From: Candidatus Gottesmanbacteria bacterium
GTDB lineage: Bacteria > Patescibacteriota > Microgenomatia > UBA10105 > UBA927
Assembly (NCBI GenBank): GCA_963714095.1
Contig: OY970230.1
Span: 6,206-70,205, forward strand
DNA: 64,000 bases
Reading direction: 5' to 3'
Shown in pieces: positions 37,822 through 48,062 of the stretch. The position numbers were made by a program, and so were the translations under genes. The notes beneath the pieces are model-generated. The model was not told the DNA's origin. It saw only the letters and a program-made list of their open reading frames with translations, and searched no databases. Every line of letters starts with the position of its first letter. Position 1 is the stretch's first letter.

Positions 37822-39096
37822 TTATGGTTTTACCCCAAATAATTCCGATTCAATTTGAAGTAACCGGTTATATTTCGCAACCCGTTCCCCCCGTGCGGGA
37901 GCGCCGAATTTTACGTAATCTGACTGCACTGCAACCGCAAGGTCTGCGATAAACGTATCATTCGTTTCACCGCTTCTATGGGAGACGATGGTTTTAATAT
38001 CGTTTTGTTTTGCAAGTGTGATGACAGCCAGAAATTCGGAGATTGTGCCGATTTGGTTGGGTTTGGCAAGAATTGCCGAGCATGCTTTCTCTGAAATTGC
38101 ACGTAGTAACCTTGTAGGGTTTGTGGCAAGTAAGTCATCTCCGACAATAAGAATATCCTCACCTAATTTTCGGGTAATACGTACCCAACCGTCCCAATCG
38201 TCTTCATCCAGCGGATCTTCCAGAAGAAGGAGTCTATATCTTTCATGAAGATTTTGTAGGTATTCAATAAACTCAGCCGATTGAAACGGAATAGACCGGT
38301 CCTTAATTTGATATCCGCGCGAAGATTTAAAATGAGTCGCAGCAACATCGAGTCCGAAGAAAACATCAACGCCGAATCTGTATGGTGTTGTCTTTACCGC
38401 TTCCATGAGTATTTCCATTGCGTCTATATTGGTAAATAAATTTGGGGCGAACCCGCCTTCGTAACCGACGGAGTGCACGGCATTTCTGTAGATAAGAATT
38501 TTTTTAACCGCTTCATAGATCTCCGCACCCATTTCAAGCGCCAGATGAAAGACTTTGTTAGATGCCGGTATAACGTGAAATTCCTGAAAATCCAAATTAC
38601 CGGCTCCGTGTTTTCCGCCGTTTATGATATTAAACAGTGGCGTTGGTATTCGAGACATGGGTTCAGGTTTTCCCCCGCCGAACAGAGCGTTAAGGTAGGA
38701 ATACAGCGGCTTGTGAAGATGTGCCGATGCTGCGACTGCGGCGGCCATGGAAACACTGAGAATTGCATTTGCCCCAAGTCTGCTTTTATCGGGAGTACCG
38801 TCAAGCTCAACCATTGTTTTATCTATGAGACCCTGATTGGTTGCATCCATCCCCCGGAGTTTTGTTTGGATAATAGTATTGACGTTACGTACTGCATTCA
38901 ACACGCCCATCCCGTTATACCGTTTCTCGTCGGCGTCCCGTATTTCAATTGCTTCATATTTACCGATTGATGTACCCGAGGGAACAGACGCAATGCCACT
39001 GTATCCGCTGTTTAATAAAACCCTCGTTTCGACCGTTGGGTCACCGCGGGAATCAATAATTTCACGGGATGTTATTGAGTAAATTCGTGAATCCAT
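37822..39096 (-). CDS. eno: Enolase
   Basis: Motifs DSRGDPTVE, VPSG, GANAIL, VGDDL, KPNQIG, SHRSGET, KYNRL. Confidence 0.96.
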   Translation of the reverse strand: MDSRIYSITSREIIDSRGDPTVETRVLLNSGYSGIASVPSGTSIGKYEAIEIRDADEKRYNGMGVLNAVRNVNTIIQTKLRGMDATNQGLIDKTMVELDGTPDKSRLGANAILSVSMAAAVAASAHLHKPLYSYLNALFGGGKPEPMSRIPTPLFNIINGGKHGAGNLDFQEFHVIPASNKVFHLALEMGAEIYEAVKKILIYRNAVHSVGYEGGFAPNLFTNIDAMEILMEAVKTTPYRFGVDVFFGLDVAATHFKSSRGYQIKDRSIPFQSAEFIEYLQNLHERYRLLLLEDPLDEDDWDGWVRITRKLGEDILIVGDDLLATNPTRLLRAISEKACSAILAKPNQIGTISEFLAVITLAKQNDIKTIVSHRSGETNDTFIADLAVAVQSDYVKFGAPARGERVAKYNRLLQIESELFGVKP

Positions 39097-39102
39097 AGGC
39101 AG

Positions 39103-41376
39103 TTATCTGATCTTTTTTTTCAGGACGAGTTTTTTTTCCGCTTCATAGATAGTTTCACGCACGTGATCAAGCGCATCGGGATTGACCGAAACGCTTGTTA
39201 TGCCCCACGATACGAGTTTCTCAACAAGTTCCGGGTAGTCCGACGGGGCTTGCCCGCACATGGAACTGGTGACGCCTCTGGCGGTACATGCACGGATAAC
39301 CCGTTCGAATGCCCAAAGCAACGATGCGTCAAGCTCAGAAAAATCGTGGGCAACCTCGCTGTTGTCGCGGTCAGTCCCCAACATAAGCATGGTGAGGTCG
39401 TTGCTGCCGATGGATACGCCGTCTATTCCTATGTCTAAAAAGTCGTCGATCCTTATGACGTTTGTGGGAATTTCAACCATCAGCCAGAGTTTAAATGAGC
39501 TTGATCGCGTCAGGCCGTTGGCTCCGATAAGTTTTTTAACGTCCATCAGTTCTTTGGGTGTCCGCACAAAGGGGATCATCATGTGGAGATTTTTGTACCC
39601 CATTTTGTTGCGCACCGTTTTAATGGCAGCCAATTCCAGCTCAAACACGCGTGAATCGGCGATATACCGGGCTGCTCCCCTAAATCCCAGCATCGGATTG
39701 GGCTCCTCCGGTTCAAATGCCGCCCCGCCTTTCAAATTCCGGTATTCGTTCGTCTTAAAGTCCGTTGTCCGGTACACGATCGGGCGCGGAGCGAATGACT
39801 TGCAAAATACCTCCAATTCCGCGGACAGTGTATCAACGAAAAATTTTTGTTTTCTTTCTTCAATCAGTTTTTTCGGGTGCGTACCGATATCCGCTATCAT
39901 AAACTCGGCCCGCAGGAGTCCTACGCCGTCTGCATTCATGGAAGCTACCGTCTCGGCTCTCCCGGGTTCAGCAAGATTGACGTAAACGTTTGTTGCGGTT
40001 TTGAGGTGTTCTTCTGCATGCATATTTTTCGTTTTCGTCTGTGTGATATGAACCGTGCCTTTAAATACCTCGCCCGTAGAACCGTTGACCGTCACAACGA
40101 GACCGTCTTTTACCAGGCTTCTGATATTCTTGACGCCGACAACGGCCGGAATTCCTAGTTCCCGCGAAACAATTGCTGCGTGTGATGTCCTCCCCCCCCG
40201 TTCGGTGACGATGGCGACCGCTTTGCGCATCGCAGGAACATAATCCGGATTGGTTTGCTCGGCAACAAGGATATCGCCGGGAGCGATTTTTCCGATTTCC
40301 CGTATGCTCATAAGTATTTTCACCGGGCCGCTTTGTACACCCGGACTTGCAGGATCACCTTTTGCAAGAAGTACGGCTTTTGTCTGCGAGGTGAATGTTC
40401 TCTGACGTTCTTTCCCTATGGTCGTAACGGGGCGCGTTTGGACAATATAGATGTGACCTTTTTCTATCGCCCATTCGGAATCCTGCGGGAAATAGTAGTG
40501 TTTTTCCAGTTTTTGGCCGATGGTGGCCAGAGTCTTAATCTGCCCGTCGGTCAATTTTTGTTTCGCGCCGTCTTTTTTCGACAATAAAATTGTTTGATTT
40601 TCTATGCCGTGTTTCTGCATCTTTTTTTCCTGCGTATGCACATCTTTTTTTATAATAGCGCCTGTTTGTTTATCAACTTCATAGTGGTCGGGAGTAACGG
40701 CTCCCTGGACTATCATTTCTCCGAGGCCGAAAATCGCCTCAATAACCACCTTGGATTTATCATTTGTTACAGGATCTATCGTAAACATGATACCTGATTC
40801 TTCAGACTCGATCATTTTCTCAACGGGAATTGCAATACCGATTTTAAAGTGATCGAAGTGGTTTGTGGCACGGTAAAATATGGCGCGTGCGGTAAACAGC
40901 GACGCCCACGCTTCTTTTACTTTTTCGATGAGATTTGCTTCACCCTGAACGTTCAGAAACGTGGCCTGCTGACCGGCAAATGACGCGCCGGGAAGATCTT
41001 CTGCTGTAGCTGACGAGCGGACAGCGACAACGGCGTGTTTTATCATCCCTCCTCCGAGCTTAAAATACGCGCGGATAATTTCGAGTGCTATATCCTTCGG
41101 AAACTCCGAACGCGTGATAAGTGACTGTACTTTTTTTGCAACGTCTTCAAGATTTTTGGAATTGTTGACGTCAACCGTACTTAACAGGGTTGATATTTTT
41201 TCTTTCAATTGAGACCGCTCGATAAACTCCGTGTATGCATGAACGGTAACGATAAATCCGGGTGGCACGGGGAATCCTGCCTGTGTCATTTCCCCGAGGT
41301 TTGCCCCTTTGCCTCCGACGATGCCTACGTCTTCTTTTCCTACATCACCAAACCAAACCACAAATTTTTTGGTCAT
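39103..41376 (-). CDS. ppsA: Phosphoenolpyruvate synthase (pyruvate,water dikinase)
   Basis: Motifs GGKGANLGE, VRSSATAEDLP, GGRTSHAAIVSRE, NPMLGFRG, SIGSNDL. Confidence 0.96.
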   Translation of the reverse strand: MTKKFVVWFGDVGKEDVGIVGGKGANLGEMTQAGFPVPPGFIVTVHAYTEFIERSQLKEKISTLLSTVDVNNSKNLEDVAKKVQSLITRSEFPKDIALEIIRAYFKLGGGMIKHAVVAVRSSATAEDLPGASFAGQQATFLNVQGEANLIEKVKEAWASLFTARAIFYRATNHFDHFKIGIAIPVEKMIESEESGIMFTIDPVTNDKSKVVIEAIFGLGEMIVQGAVTPDHYEVDKQTGAIIKKDVHTQEKKMQKHGIENQTILLSKKDGAKQKLTDGQIKTLATIGQKLEKHYYFPQDSEWAIEKGHIYIVQTRPVTTIGKERQRTFTSQTKAVLLAKGDPASPGVQSGPVKILMSIREIGKIAPGDILVAEQTNPDYVPAMRKAVAIVTERGGRTSHAAIVSRELGIPAVVGVKNIRSLVKDGLVVTVNGSTGEVFKGTVHITQTKTKNMHAEEHLKTATNVYVNLAEPGRAETVASMNADGVGLLRAEFMIADIGTHPKKLIEERKQKFFVDTLSAELEVFCKSFAPRPIVYRTTDFKTNEYRNLKGGAAFEPEEPNPMLGFRGAARYIADSRVFELELAAIKTVRNKMGYKNLHMMIPFVRTPKELMDVKKLIGANGLTRSSSFKLWLMVEIPTNVIRIDDFLDIGIDGVSIGSNDLTMLMLGTDRDNSEVAHDFSELDASLLWAFERVIRACTARGVTSSMCGQAPSDYPELVEKLVSWGITSVSVNPDALDHVRETIYEAEKKLVLKKKIR

Positions 41377-41414
41377 AGATCTAGTATGAGGAATTCTATT
41401 CCTATGCGCAAGTG

Positions 41415-42488
41415 CTATTTCTTGTTTAGCTGGGCTTTAAAATAATCGACCCAGGGGATGGCAACGGGGTTTACGTCGTAAAGCATCCCGAGATAAAATG
41501 TTGTAAATCCTGCCAGCGTATACGCTTCCAGCGTCTGTGAGAGTTTATTGGGGCCAGTCAGCGGTATGTCGTAGGTGGAAACGTTTTGTTTTTCTACAAC
41601 GTCTTTCGTAATAGCAAAACGTATTTTAATAGGTTCGCTGTAGCAATGGGACAAAAAGAACAGAAAAACGCCATTTTTATGGATACTTTCAGGATGAGAG
41701 AGTCCCTCTAACAAATGATGATTCAGTTCTGATATATACCGGTAATCCGAAATCATTTTGGCGGTTTCATTTATCTGGTTGGCGAATCCGTTTCCGAAGC
41801 CTTTGAGAAATTCGGCCGTGATAATAAACGGATGCTTGTCTTTTAAGAATCGGGCAAGTTGTTTAGCGGGATTATCCTTTTCCGGAACCGAGATTACGTA
41901 TTTTTTCCCGATTTCCTTTGAAAACGCGATAGCTTCCTCGACATTATCTTTGATCGTAACAAAACCAAGAGTGTTTAAAAGTCCAAGATGACCTAACAAA
42001 AGATATCCTCCTCCGATTCGCGGTTGGCCGCACGGATTGAATTTCGGATCGAAAAAATAGACCGGGGCCTTTTGTTCTTTGAGGAATTCAGCAACGACAC
42101 CGTTGTCCTTCATAATTCCTGCTAGTTTTGCACCTTTACTCAGGGCGTCACGACCCGCAGAAAGTACTTCTTCAGTCGTGCCTGAGTATGAAGACAATAG
42201 AACGAGCGAGTCTCCGTTTACGTAACCCGGCACGGCGTAATCTTCACAAATTTCATAGGGAACGGTAATGTATTTTCGGAATAGTGCGCCGATTGTTTTT
42301 GGTGTAAATCTTGATCCTCCCATGCCGCACACAATAATATTTTTTACTTTCTCATATTCTTTGGGAAATACAACCTTCCGGCTTTCTTCCCAGGCTTGTT
42401 GACACTGATCGGGGAACATAACCGTTGACCCCAATACATTTGACGGATCCTTCGTCTTCATTGCCGCAATATCATCAAGATTATTCAT
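41415..42488 (-). CDS. Bifunctional phosphoglucose/phosphomannose isomerase (SIS-domain PGI/PMI)
   Basis: Motifs CGMGGS, SYSGTTEE, QPR, NETAK, ELNHH. Confidence 0.9.
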   Translation of the reverse strand: MNNLDDIAAMKTKDPSNVLGSTVMFPDQCQQAWEESRKVVFPKEYEKVKNIIVCGMGGSRFTPKTIGALFRKYITVPYEICEDYAVPGYVNGDSLVLLSSYSGTTEEVLSAGRDALSKGAKLAGIMKDNGVVAEFLKEQKAPVYFFDPKFNPCGQPRIGGGYLLLGHLGLLNTLGFVTIKDNVEEAIAFSKEIGKKYVISVPEKDNPAKQLARFLKDKHPFIITAEFLKGFGNGFANQINETAKMISDYRYISELNHHLLEGLSHPESIHKNGVFLFFLSHCYSEPIKIRFAITKDVVEKQNVSTYDIPLTGPNKLSQTLEAYTLAGFTTFYLGMLYDVNPVAIPWVDYFKAQLNKK

Positions 42489-42496
42489 ATATTTCC

Positions 42497-43915
42497 TTAT
42501 TCCAATGCGCTGGTATTAACGCCCGATTTGAAATCAACTTCTGGATATGTATGTAAAATAGTGCTGACCTGTTTTTTCAGGTTGTCATACGCAGCCTGTG
42601 TTTTTCCTTCGAATTTTATCGTCAGATATGGGCCGTTCTGGCTAGCGCGGACAATCATCATCTCGTCAGTCGTATCCATTCGGACGCCATCAATTTCAAT
42701 ATATTGCGCATCAGGATATAATTTTTTTATTTCGGCGCCGATTTTTTGGGAAACAACGTTAAATTTTATATCGTCAGGACAGCCGACTTTAATTTCCGGA
42801 CTTGAAAAATATTTTGGTAATTCAGCCACAGCCTGTTTGAGTGATTGTTTTTTCCGGGTTAAATATGCAAGCAACCGCAACGATGCGATAGCCCCGTCAT
42901 CATGACCGTAAAAATTATCCACAAAGTACATATGTCCCGATAATTCTCCCCCGAACGGCGCCTTTTCATCACGCACTTTTGCTTTGATAAAAGAGTGACC
43001 GGTGAGCCACATGATGGGCTGTCCGCCGGCTGCTTTAATAACGTCGTCCACCTGCTTACTGCAAAGTGTATTAAAAACAATTTTTGCTCCAGGTAAAAAC
43101 TCGAGAATATCTTTTGCGTATAGTGAAACAAGCGTATCGTTCCAAATAAGGGAGCCATCGCTGTCGACAACACCGATCCGGTCGCCGTCACAATCATACG
43201 AAAAACCAAGATCTGCTTTGGACGCAACGACGCCTTTGGCAAGACGCTCCTGCACTTCGCGTTCCGTCGGATCCGGTGTACCTGCAGGAAAATTTCCGTC
43301 GGGTTTCGTATTTTGTTCAATTACGTCACAACCGAAACTTCGAAGTATATCGGGTAAATAAATTCCGGTTGTTGCGGCACAGGAATCAACGACAACTTTA
43401 AATGAACCTATCACATCGACGCGGCGTTTAAGATCGTCCATATAATCCTGTTTAATATCCTTTTGAATATGATTCCCCTTGGGAATCCGTGAGACGAACG
43501 TACCGGATTTTACTAAATTACGGAATTCTTTAATATCTTCCGTAAGCATCGTTTCGGAATATCCTGTTCCGAATTTAAACCCGTTATATTCTTTGGGATT
43601 ATGCGATGCGGTAATCATAACCATACCGCGGGTCCGGAAGTAATAACAGGCGAAATATGCAATTTGAGAAAGCGTCATACCGATATCGAAAACCGTAATA
43701 CCGGAATCCGTGAGTCCTTTTACCAGGGCATCACGGAATTTCGGGCTTGAAAGGCGACAGTCGTATCCAACAACACAATCATAAATACGACGCTGCAAAA
43801 GCCATGTAGCGTACGCTCGACCCAATATCCCGACATTTTCGGAAGTAAGTTCTGTATCGACGAGGCCGCGCAGGTCATAGCCTCGAAATACGTGATCCGG
43901 AATTTGCGCACCCAT
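42497..43915 (-). CDS. Phosphomannomutase/phosphoglucomutase
   Basis: Motifs FRGYDLRG, TASHNP, DCDGDR, GELSGH. Confidence 0.95.
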   Translation of the reverse strand: MGAQIPDHVFRGYDLRGLVDTELTSENVGILGRAYATWLLQRRIYDCVVGYDCRLSSPKFRDALVKGLTDSGITVFDIGMTLSQIAYFACYYFRTRGMVMITASHNPKEYNGFKFGTGYSETMLTEDIKEFRNLVKSGTFVSRIPKGNHIQKDIKQDYMDDLKRRVDVIGSFKVVVDSCAATTGIYLPDILRSFGCDVIEQNTKPDGNFPAGTPDPTEREVQERLAKGVVASKADLGFSYDCDGDRIGVVDSDGSLIWNDTLVSLYAKDILEFLPGAKIVFNTLCSKQVDDVIKAAGGQPIMWLTGHSFIKAKVRDEKAPFGGELSGHMYFVDNFYGHDDGAIASLRLLAYLTRKKQSLKQAVAELPKYFSSPEIKVGCPDDIKFNVVSQKIGAEIKKLYPDAQYIEIDGVRMDTTDEMMIVRASQNGPYLTIKFEGKTQAAYDNLKKQVSTILHTYPEVDFKSGVNTSALE

Positions 43916-43923
43916 AATTTTCC

Positions 43924-44604
43924 TTATAAATCAATAATAAACTGTTCGGTCAGTTGAGAAAGCGTAAACGGGCTACTACCGTTTTTAACGGAAAACTCCA
44001 TTTCCAGTAGATTTTTGTACATAGATATGAGTCTATCCATGGTAAATAACTTTGCCTGTCTTGTCAAACGGGTCAGCTGCCACCCCGCGAGGCCTTCCGG
44101 TATAACGTTATCGCGTAACTGAATCAGCTGACGAACGCGCCGTACGATCATGGAGAATATGAGTTCTGCGGCTTCCGTTTGGTTGAGTGTTTTATAGAGC
44201 GGCAATACGCGGCTTGCAGCATCGGGCGCAACGCCGTCGAGCAATTGGAAAATGATGGAAGGAATTTTAAAAAGCATAATTTTTGCTTCCGGCAAGTTTT
44301 TGAGTACCGTGCCTCCGACCTCTTTATCTTCCCAGAGAACAATATCAACCGGGCTTTTATTAATAATTGCGGCGAGAGACTCAATGAGCTTTAATTTCCT
44401 GCCGAGCTTTCCAAAAAGATTCTCTATAAAGATTATCGTGTCACCACCAAAGAGAGAGTGTGACTCCAGTGCCTGTGTTAGGCTGGCAGAATCAATAGTA
44501 CGCCCGTCCAATGTTCTGATTTCCTTATTTTTTGCTTCGTTTTTCAGGCGGACAAATTCTTTTCTAGATGTTTCAATAAAGTTTCCGTGTAACAGGGTAA
44601 TCAT
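43924..44604 (-). CDS. holA: DNA polymerase III delta subunit-like (short HolA)
   Basis: SLFGG motif; IFQLLD; C-terminal 'W...RL..QA..F...L' and 'E...K.G' helices. Confidence 0.7.
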   Translation of the reverse strand: MITLLHGNFIETSRKEFVRLKNEAKNKEIRTLDGRTIDSASLTQALESHSLFGGDTIIFIENLFGKLGRKLKLIESLAAIINKSPVDIVLWEDKEVGGTVLKNLPEAKIMLFKIPSIIFQLLDGVAPDAASRVLPLYKTLNQTEAAELIFSMIVRRVRQLIQLRDNVIPEGLAGWQLTRLTRQAKLFTMDRLISMYKNLLEMEFSVKNGSSPFTLSQLTEQFIIDL

Positions 44605-44981
44605 AGGCTTTCCTTATACAGTCGGAACAACTCTTCTACCGTGCCGCGGTTAATGCGTTTATGAAGACCGCTATGGGGAACGAGTGCTCCGGAAAAATTT
44701 TTCGGAATATGCATAAGCTCGTGGATAATGACCCGTTTTTTATCATCATCGGACAGATGATCAAAATGATGGGAAAGAACCTCGATCACATAATATGGCG
44801 GTAGCTTTAGCGCCATCTGCCAGATTTTCGGGAAACTCCAGATCCTGGCCCTGGCGCGGCTGGTTGCACCATGGCTGCGCATGCAGACGATTCGACGGGA
44901 ATCGACGTAGGCGGTAAACGGCAGTTTGGGCACAAGCTCGTTTACGATTTTTTTTATGTCGGGTGCTGGTGTAATGTCCAT
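44601..44981 (-). CDS. Putative metallopeptidase (HExxH)
   Basis: Motifs ARIW, YVIEV, IIHELMHIP. Confidence 0.8.
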   Translation of the reverse strand: MDITPAPDIKKIVNELVPKLPFTAYVDSRRIVCMRSHGATSRARARIWSFPKIWQMALKLPPYYVIEVLSHHFDHLSDDDKKRVIIHELMHIPKNFSGALVPHSGLHKRINRGTVEELFRLYKESL

Positions 44982-45385
44982 TGTTTTACCTGTACCAATA
45001 ACGCTCTGTTTGTTTTTGGATACCCGATAACCTCAAGAGCATGATCTATGGGCATCCAGGTTGCGTTATGAATACCTTCTTCTGTCTGATTTATAAGATG
45101 TTCAGTTCCGTCTGATTGAAATAGAAAATAATGAACTGTTTTCTTCACGGGACCGCTTTTTGTATACGTATACTCAATGGGCCGAAACTTCCTGATCATT
45201 ATGAGGCTCTTCATGCCGACTTCCTCATGGATTTCGCGTACGGCCGCTTGCTCCAGGTTTTCGTTTTCCTCAATTTTCCCTTTCGGAAACGTCCAGACAC
45301 TATTCATGTCCTGAAGAACAAGCACCTCCCACACGCGTTTTGTGTACTTGAGAATGATTCCACCCGCAGAAACCTCGGTTTTCAT
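44954..45385 (-). CDS. NUDIX hydrolase (Ap4A hydrolase-like)
   Basis: SAGG; WTFPKG..E...AAVREIHEEVG Nudix box. Confidence 0.92.
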   Translation of the reverse strand: MKTEVSAGGIILKYTKRVWEVLVLQDMNSVWTFPKGKIEENENLEQAAVREIHEEVGMKSLIMIRKFRPIEYTYTKSGPVKKTVHYFLFQSDGTEHLINQTEEGIHNATWMPIDHALEVIGYPKTNRALLVQVKQWTLHQHPT

Positions 45386-45636
45386 TTCGTCACCAAGTAT
45401 ATCACGTCACCCTCACGAACCGGTTTATCGGTTTTGAGCGCGCCCGATTCACCGGGTTTAATTTTTGCAACCTTAGTATGCTCTACCTGTAATGACGATA
45501 CTGTCTGATTGAATTCCTTGTCGTGTCCTGAAATTTTAATCACATCTCCGACTTTCAGCGGATGTTTCAAAACGGTAATAACCGCAACGCCGATTTTGTC
45601 GTAGTAGTGTGTTACCTTGGCAATCTGTATATCCAC
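45382..45636 (-). CDS. Small beta-barrel protein (EF-Tu domain II / U32 C-terminal-like)
   Basis: Motifs VTHYYDKIGVA, LKVGD.I, Q.V.SLQVEH, VREGD. Confidence 0.8.
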   Translation of the reverse strand: MDIQIAKVTHYYDKIGVAVITVLKHPLKVGDVIKISGHDKEFNQTVSSLQVEHTKVAKIKPGESGALKTDKPVREGDVIYLVTK

Positions 45637-45642
45637 GTAGAC

Positions 45643-46818
45643 TCACCCCCTTTGATAATATATTTTTCCTTTTAATTTTTCGGGAAGCAGACTGTCTTTC
45701 GTATATTTCTCGTAGCCCTTACCGTATCCCAAACCTTTCATAAGAGACGTTGGTGCATTGCGGATAACAAGCGGAATGGGCAAATTGCCGTATGCCGTAG
45801 CATCCGCAAGCGCTGCCATATATGCTTCATATGCACGACGGTCTTTTTTGGCCAGGCAAAGATAGACGACTCCGTGGGCAAGATTTTCCTGACATTCCGG
45901 ATAACCGATTTTATTACAGGCATCAAATACGGCATTTGCAACAACGAGTGCCGTGGGCTGGGCCATACCGATATCTTCAGATGCGAACACCACCATTCTT
46001 CGGGCAATAAACAGCGGATCTTCTCCGGAGGCAACCATGCGTGCAAGATAATATAAAGCCGCATCCGTGTCACTTGCCCGCATGCTTTTGATAAACGCCG
46101 AAATCGTATTATAATGTTCGTCTCCCACCTGATCGTAGGCAAGCATTTTCCGCTGCGCCGCAACTTCGATATCAGGAGCGGTTAATACTTTCTTTTTTGC
46201 TAGACTCGCCGCAATTTCAAGAATAGTGAGGAGCGCCCGCGCGTCCGCGTTTGCGACCTCCAATAAAAACTGACGGCCTTTTGTATCGATAGATTTTTTA
46301 AGATATGTCAGTCCCCTGTCCGTAATCTTGGTCAGTTCCTGTTCACTTAATGGTTTTAACACCAGCACCCGGCAGCGTGACAGAAGCGGAGAGATAACTT
46401 CAAAGGAGGGATTTTCGGTTGTCGCGCCGATAAATATGACCGTCCCGTGCTCAACTGCAGGCAGTAGCGCGTCCTGTTGGGCCTTATTAAACCGGTGAAT
46501 TTCGTCTAAAAATAATATGGTGCGGACGCCGGTTGCCTGTTTCCGTTCAACGGATTCCTTTATCACGCGCCGCACATCAGCCAATGTTGATGTGACGGCG
46601 GAATGGGATTCAAAAAAGCTGTTTGTGAGTGTTGCCAAAAGCTGGGCAAGTGTCGTTTTACCGCATCCGGGAGGGCCCCAAAAAATCATGGAGGGAAGAA
46701 ATCCTGTTGCAAGAAGCTTACGGATAATGCCCGCCGGACCGACGAGGTGCTCCTGCCCGATAACCTCATCGAGAGTCGTGGGACGAAGTATGTCCGCAAG
46801 CGGCCGCTCATCTCTCAT
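45643..46818 (-). CDS. rarA: Replication-associated recombination protein A (MgsA/RarA)
   Basis: Motifs [43 protein letters not shown]. Confidence 0.95.
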   Translation of the reverse strand: MRDERPLADILRPTTLDEVIGQEHLVGPAGIIRKLLATGFLPSMIFWGPPGCGKTTLAQLLATLTNSFFESHSAVTSTLADVRRVIKESVERKQATGVRTILFLDEIHRFNKAQQDALLPAVEHGTVIFIGATTENPSFEVISPLLSRCRVLVLKPLSEQELTKITDRGLTYLKKSIDTKGRQFLLEVANADARALLTILEIAASLAKKKVLTAPDIEVAAQRKMLAYDQVGDEHYNTISAFIKSMRASDTDAALYYLARMVASGEDPLFIARRMVVFASEDIGMAQPTALVVANAVFDACNKIGYPECQENLAHGVVYLCLAKKDRRAYEAYMAALADATAYGNLPIPLVIRNAPTSLMKGLGYGKGYEKYTKDSLLPEKLKGKIYYQRG

Positions 46819-46823
46819 CACAC

Positions 46824-47933
46824 CTATTCTATCACCGTTTCCCACGGGAAGCTATCGCGTCCGAAGTGGCCATACCGGGCCGTCTCACGGTAGATGGGGC
46901 GCCGCAAATTAAGACCTTCGAGAATTCCCGGTACGGACATGTCCAACAGATTCCAAGCGAAATCTGCGATAACGGAAAGTTTTTTCTTTTCCGTACCGAA
47001 AGTCTCAATTTCCCGGTCAATCGGTTCCCGTTGTCCTATGACATATGCCACACGCACTTCCACGCGATCGGCGAGCCCGGCCGCTACGATATTTTTTGCG
47101 ATATACCGGCATGCATAGGCACCGCTGCGGTCCACCTTTGTCGGATCCTTCCCGCTGAACGCTCCGCCTCCGTGCCGCGCAAACGCTCCGTAGGTATCAA
47201 CAATAATTTTTCTGCCGGTCACTCCTGTATCGGATGCAGGACCGCCTATTTCCCATCGTCCTCGGCTTCCATTGACGATGATATGGGAGCGTGTTGGCGT
47301 TTTAAAATGATATGAGGCGAGAACCGGCGTGATGACGTTTGCAATCAGTTTCGTCGTAAGAACAGTATTACTTATGTTCGGATCGTGCGGAACGGCAATA
47401 ACAACGCTTTCAACTGACTTTGGTTTTCCGTTTTCATACAACACTTTGACTTCTGATTTACCGTCAGGGCGCAGGAACGGAAGCGTGCCTGTTTCACGAA
47501 CCTCATCGAGACGTTGAACCAGCCGGTGCGCAAGAATGATAGGCATCGGCATGAGCTCGGTACATTCCCTCGTTGCATAGCCGAACATCATGCCCTGATC
47601 TCCGGCGCCGCCGATATCAACTCCTACAGCGATATCAGGAGACTGATGGTGAATATAGACCGATACAGGTGATTTATCCGTAAAGTTATAGATTTTTTTG
47701 GTGTAACCAAGAGATTTAATTACATTCCGCGCAATATGTTCATACGCAAGTTCTTTAGAACACGTAACCTCTCCTGCCATCACGACGCGGTTAAATGTGA
47801 CGAGCGACTCCACTGCAACACGCGAAAACGGGTCCGCGGTGAGTGCCGCATCCAATACGGCATCGGAAATCTGGTCGCAAATTTTATCGGGGTGTCCTGC
47901 GGCAACCGACTCAGAAGTAAAATAGGTACTCAT
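46824..47933 (-). CDS. metK: S-adenosylmethionine synthetase
   Basis: Motifs FTSESV..GHPDK, GAGDQG, GRKI, GGGAFSGKD; SD AAGGAGG before ATG 47933. Confidence 0.97.
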   Translation of the reverse strand: MSTYFTSESVAAGHPDKICDQISDAVLDAALTADPFSRVAVESLVTFNRVVMAGEVTCSKELAYEHIARNVIKSLGYTKKIYNFTDKSPVSVYIHHQSPDIAVGVDIGGAGDQGMMFGYATRECTELMPMPIILAHRLVQRLDEVRETGTLPFLRPDGKSEVKVLYENGKPKSVESVVIAVPHDPNISNTVLTTKLIANVITPVLASYHFKTPTRSHIIVNGSRGRWEIGGPASDTGVTGRKIIVDTYGAFARHGGGAFSGKDPTKVDRSGAYACRYIAKNIVAAGLADRVEVRVAYVIGQREPIDREIETFGTEKKKLSVIADFAWNLLDMSVPGILEGLNLRRPIYRETARYGHFGRDSFPWETVIE

Positions 47934-47951
47934 ATGTTTCCCTCCTTCGGG

Positions 47952-48050
47952 CAAATCTCCGTCAGATGACGGACTTGTTGGGGCACCCTCTATGAGAAGG
48001 GTTGCCGGACGGATCATCAAGCAAGATCTCTCCCCGCCTCTCTTGATTTT
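47952..48050 (-). promoter_or_regulatory. SAM-I/IV-like riboswitch
   Basis: Minus strand reads AAATCAAGAG..GGCGG..GAGA...CCGTC-CGGCAACC...GGTGCC...TCCGTCA-TC-TGACGGA-GATTT directly upstream of metK. Confidence 0.85.
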
Positions 48051-48062
48051 TTATACTGCGCT

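Noticed and set aside
47934-48020. 29-aa N-terminal extension of MetK
   Set aside because: It overlaps the SAM riboswitch; a good SD precedes ATG 47933.
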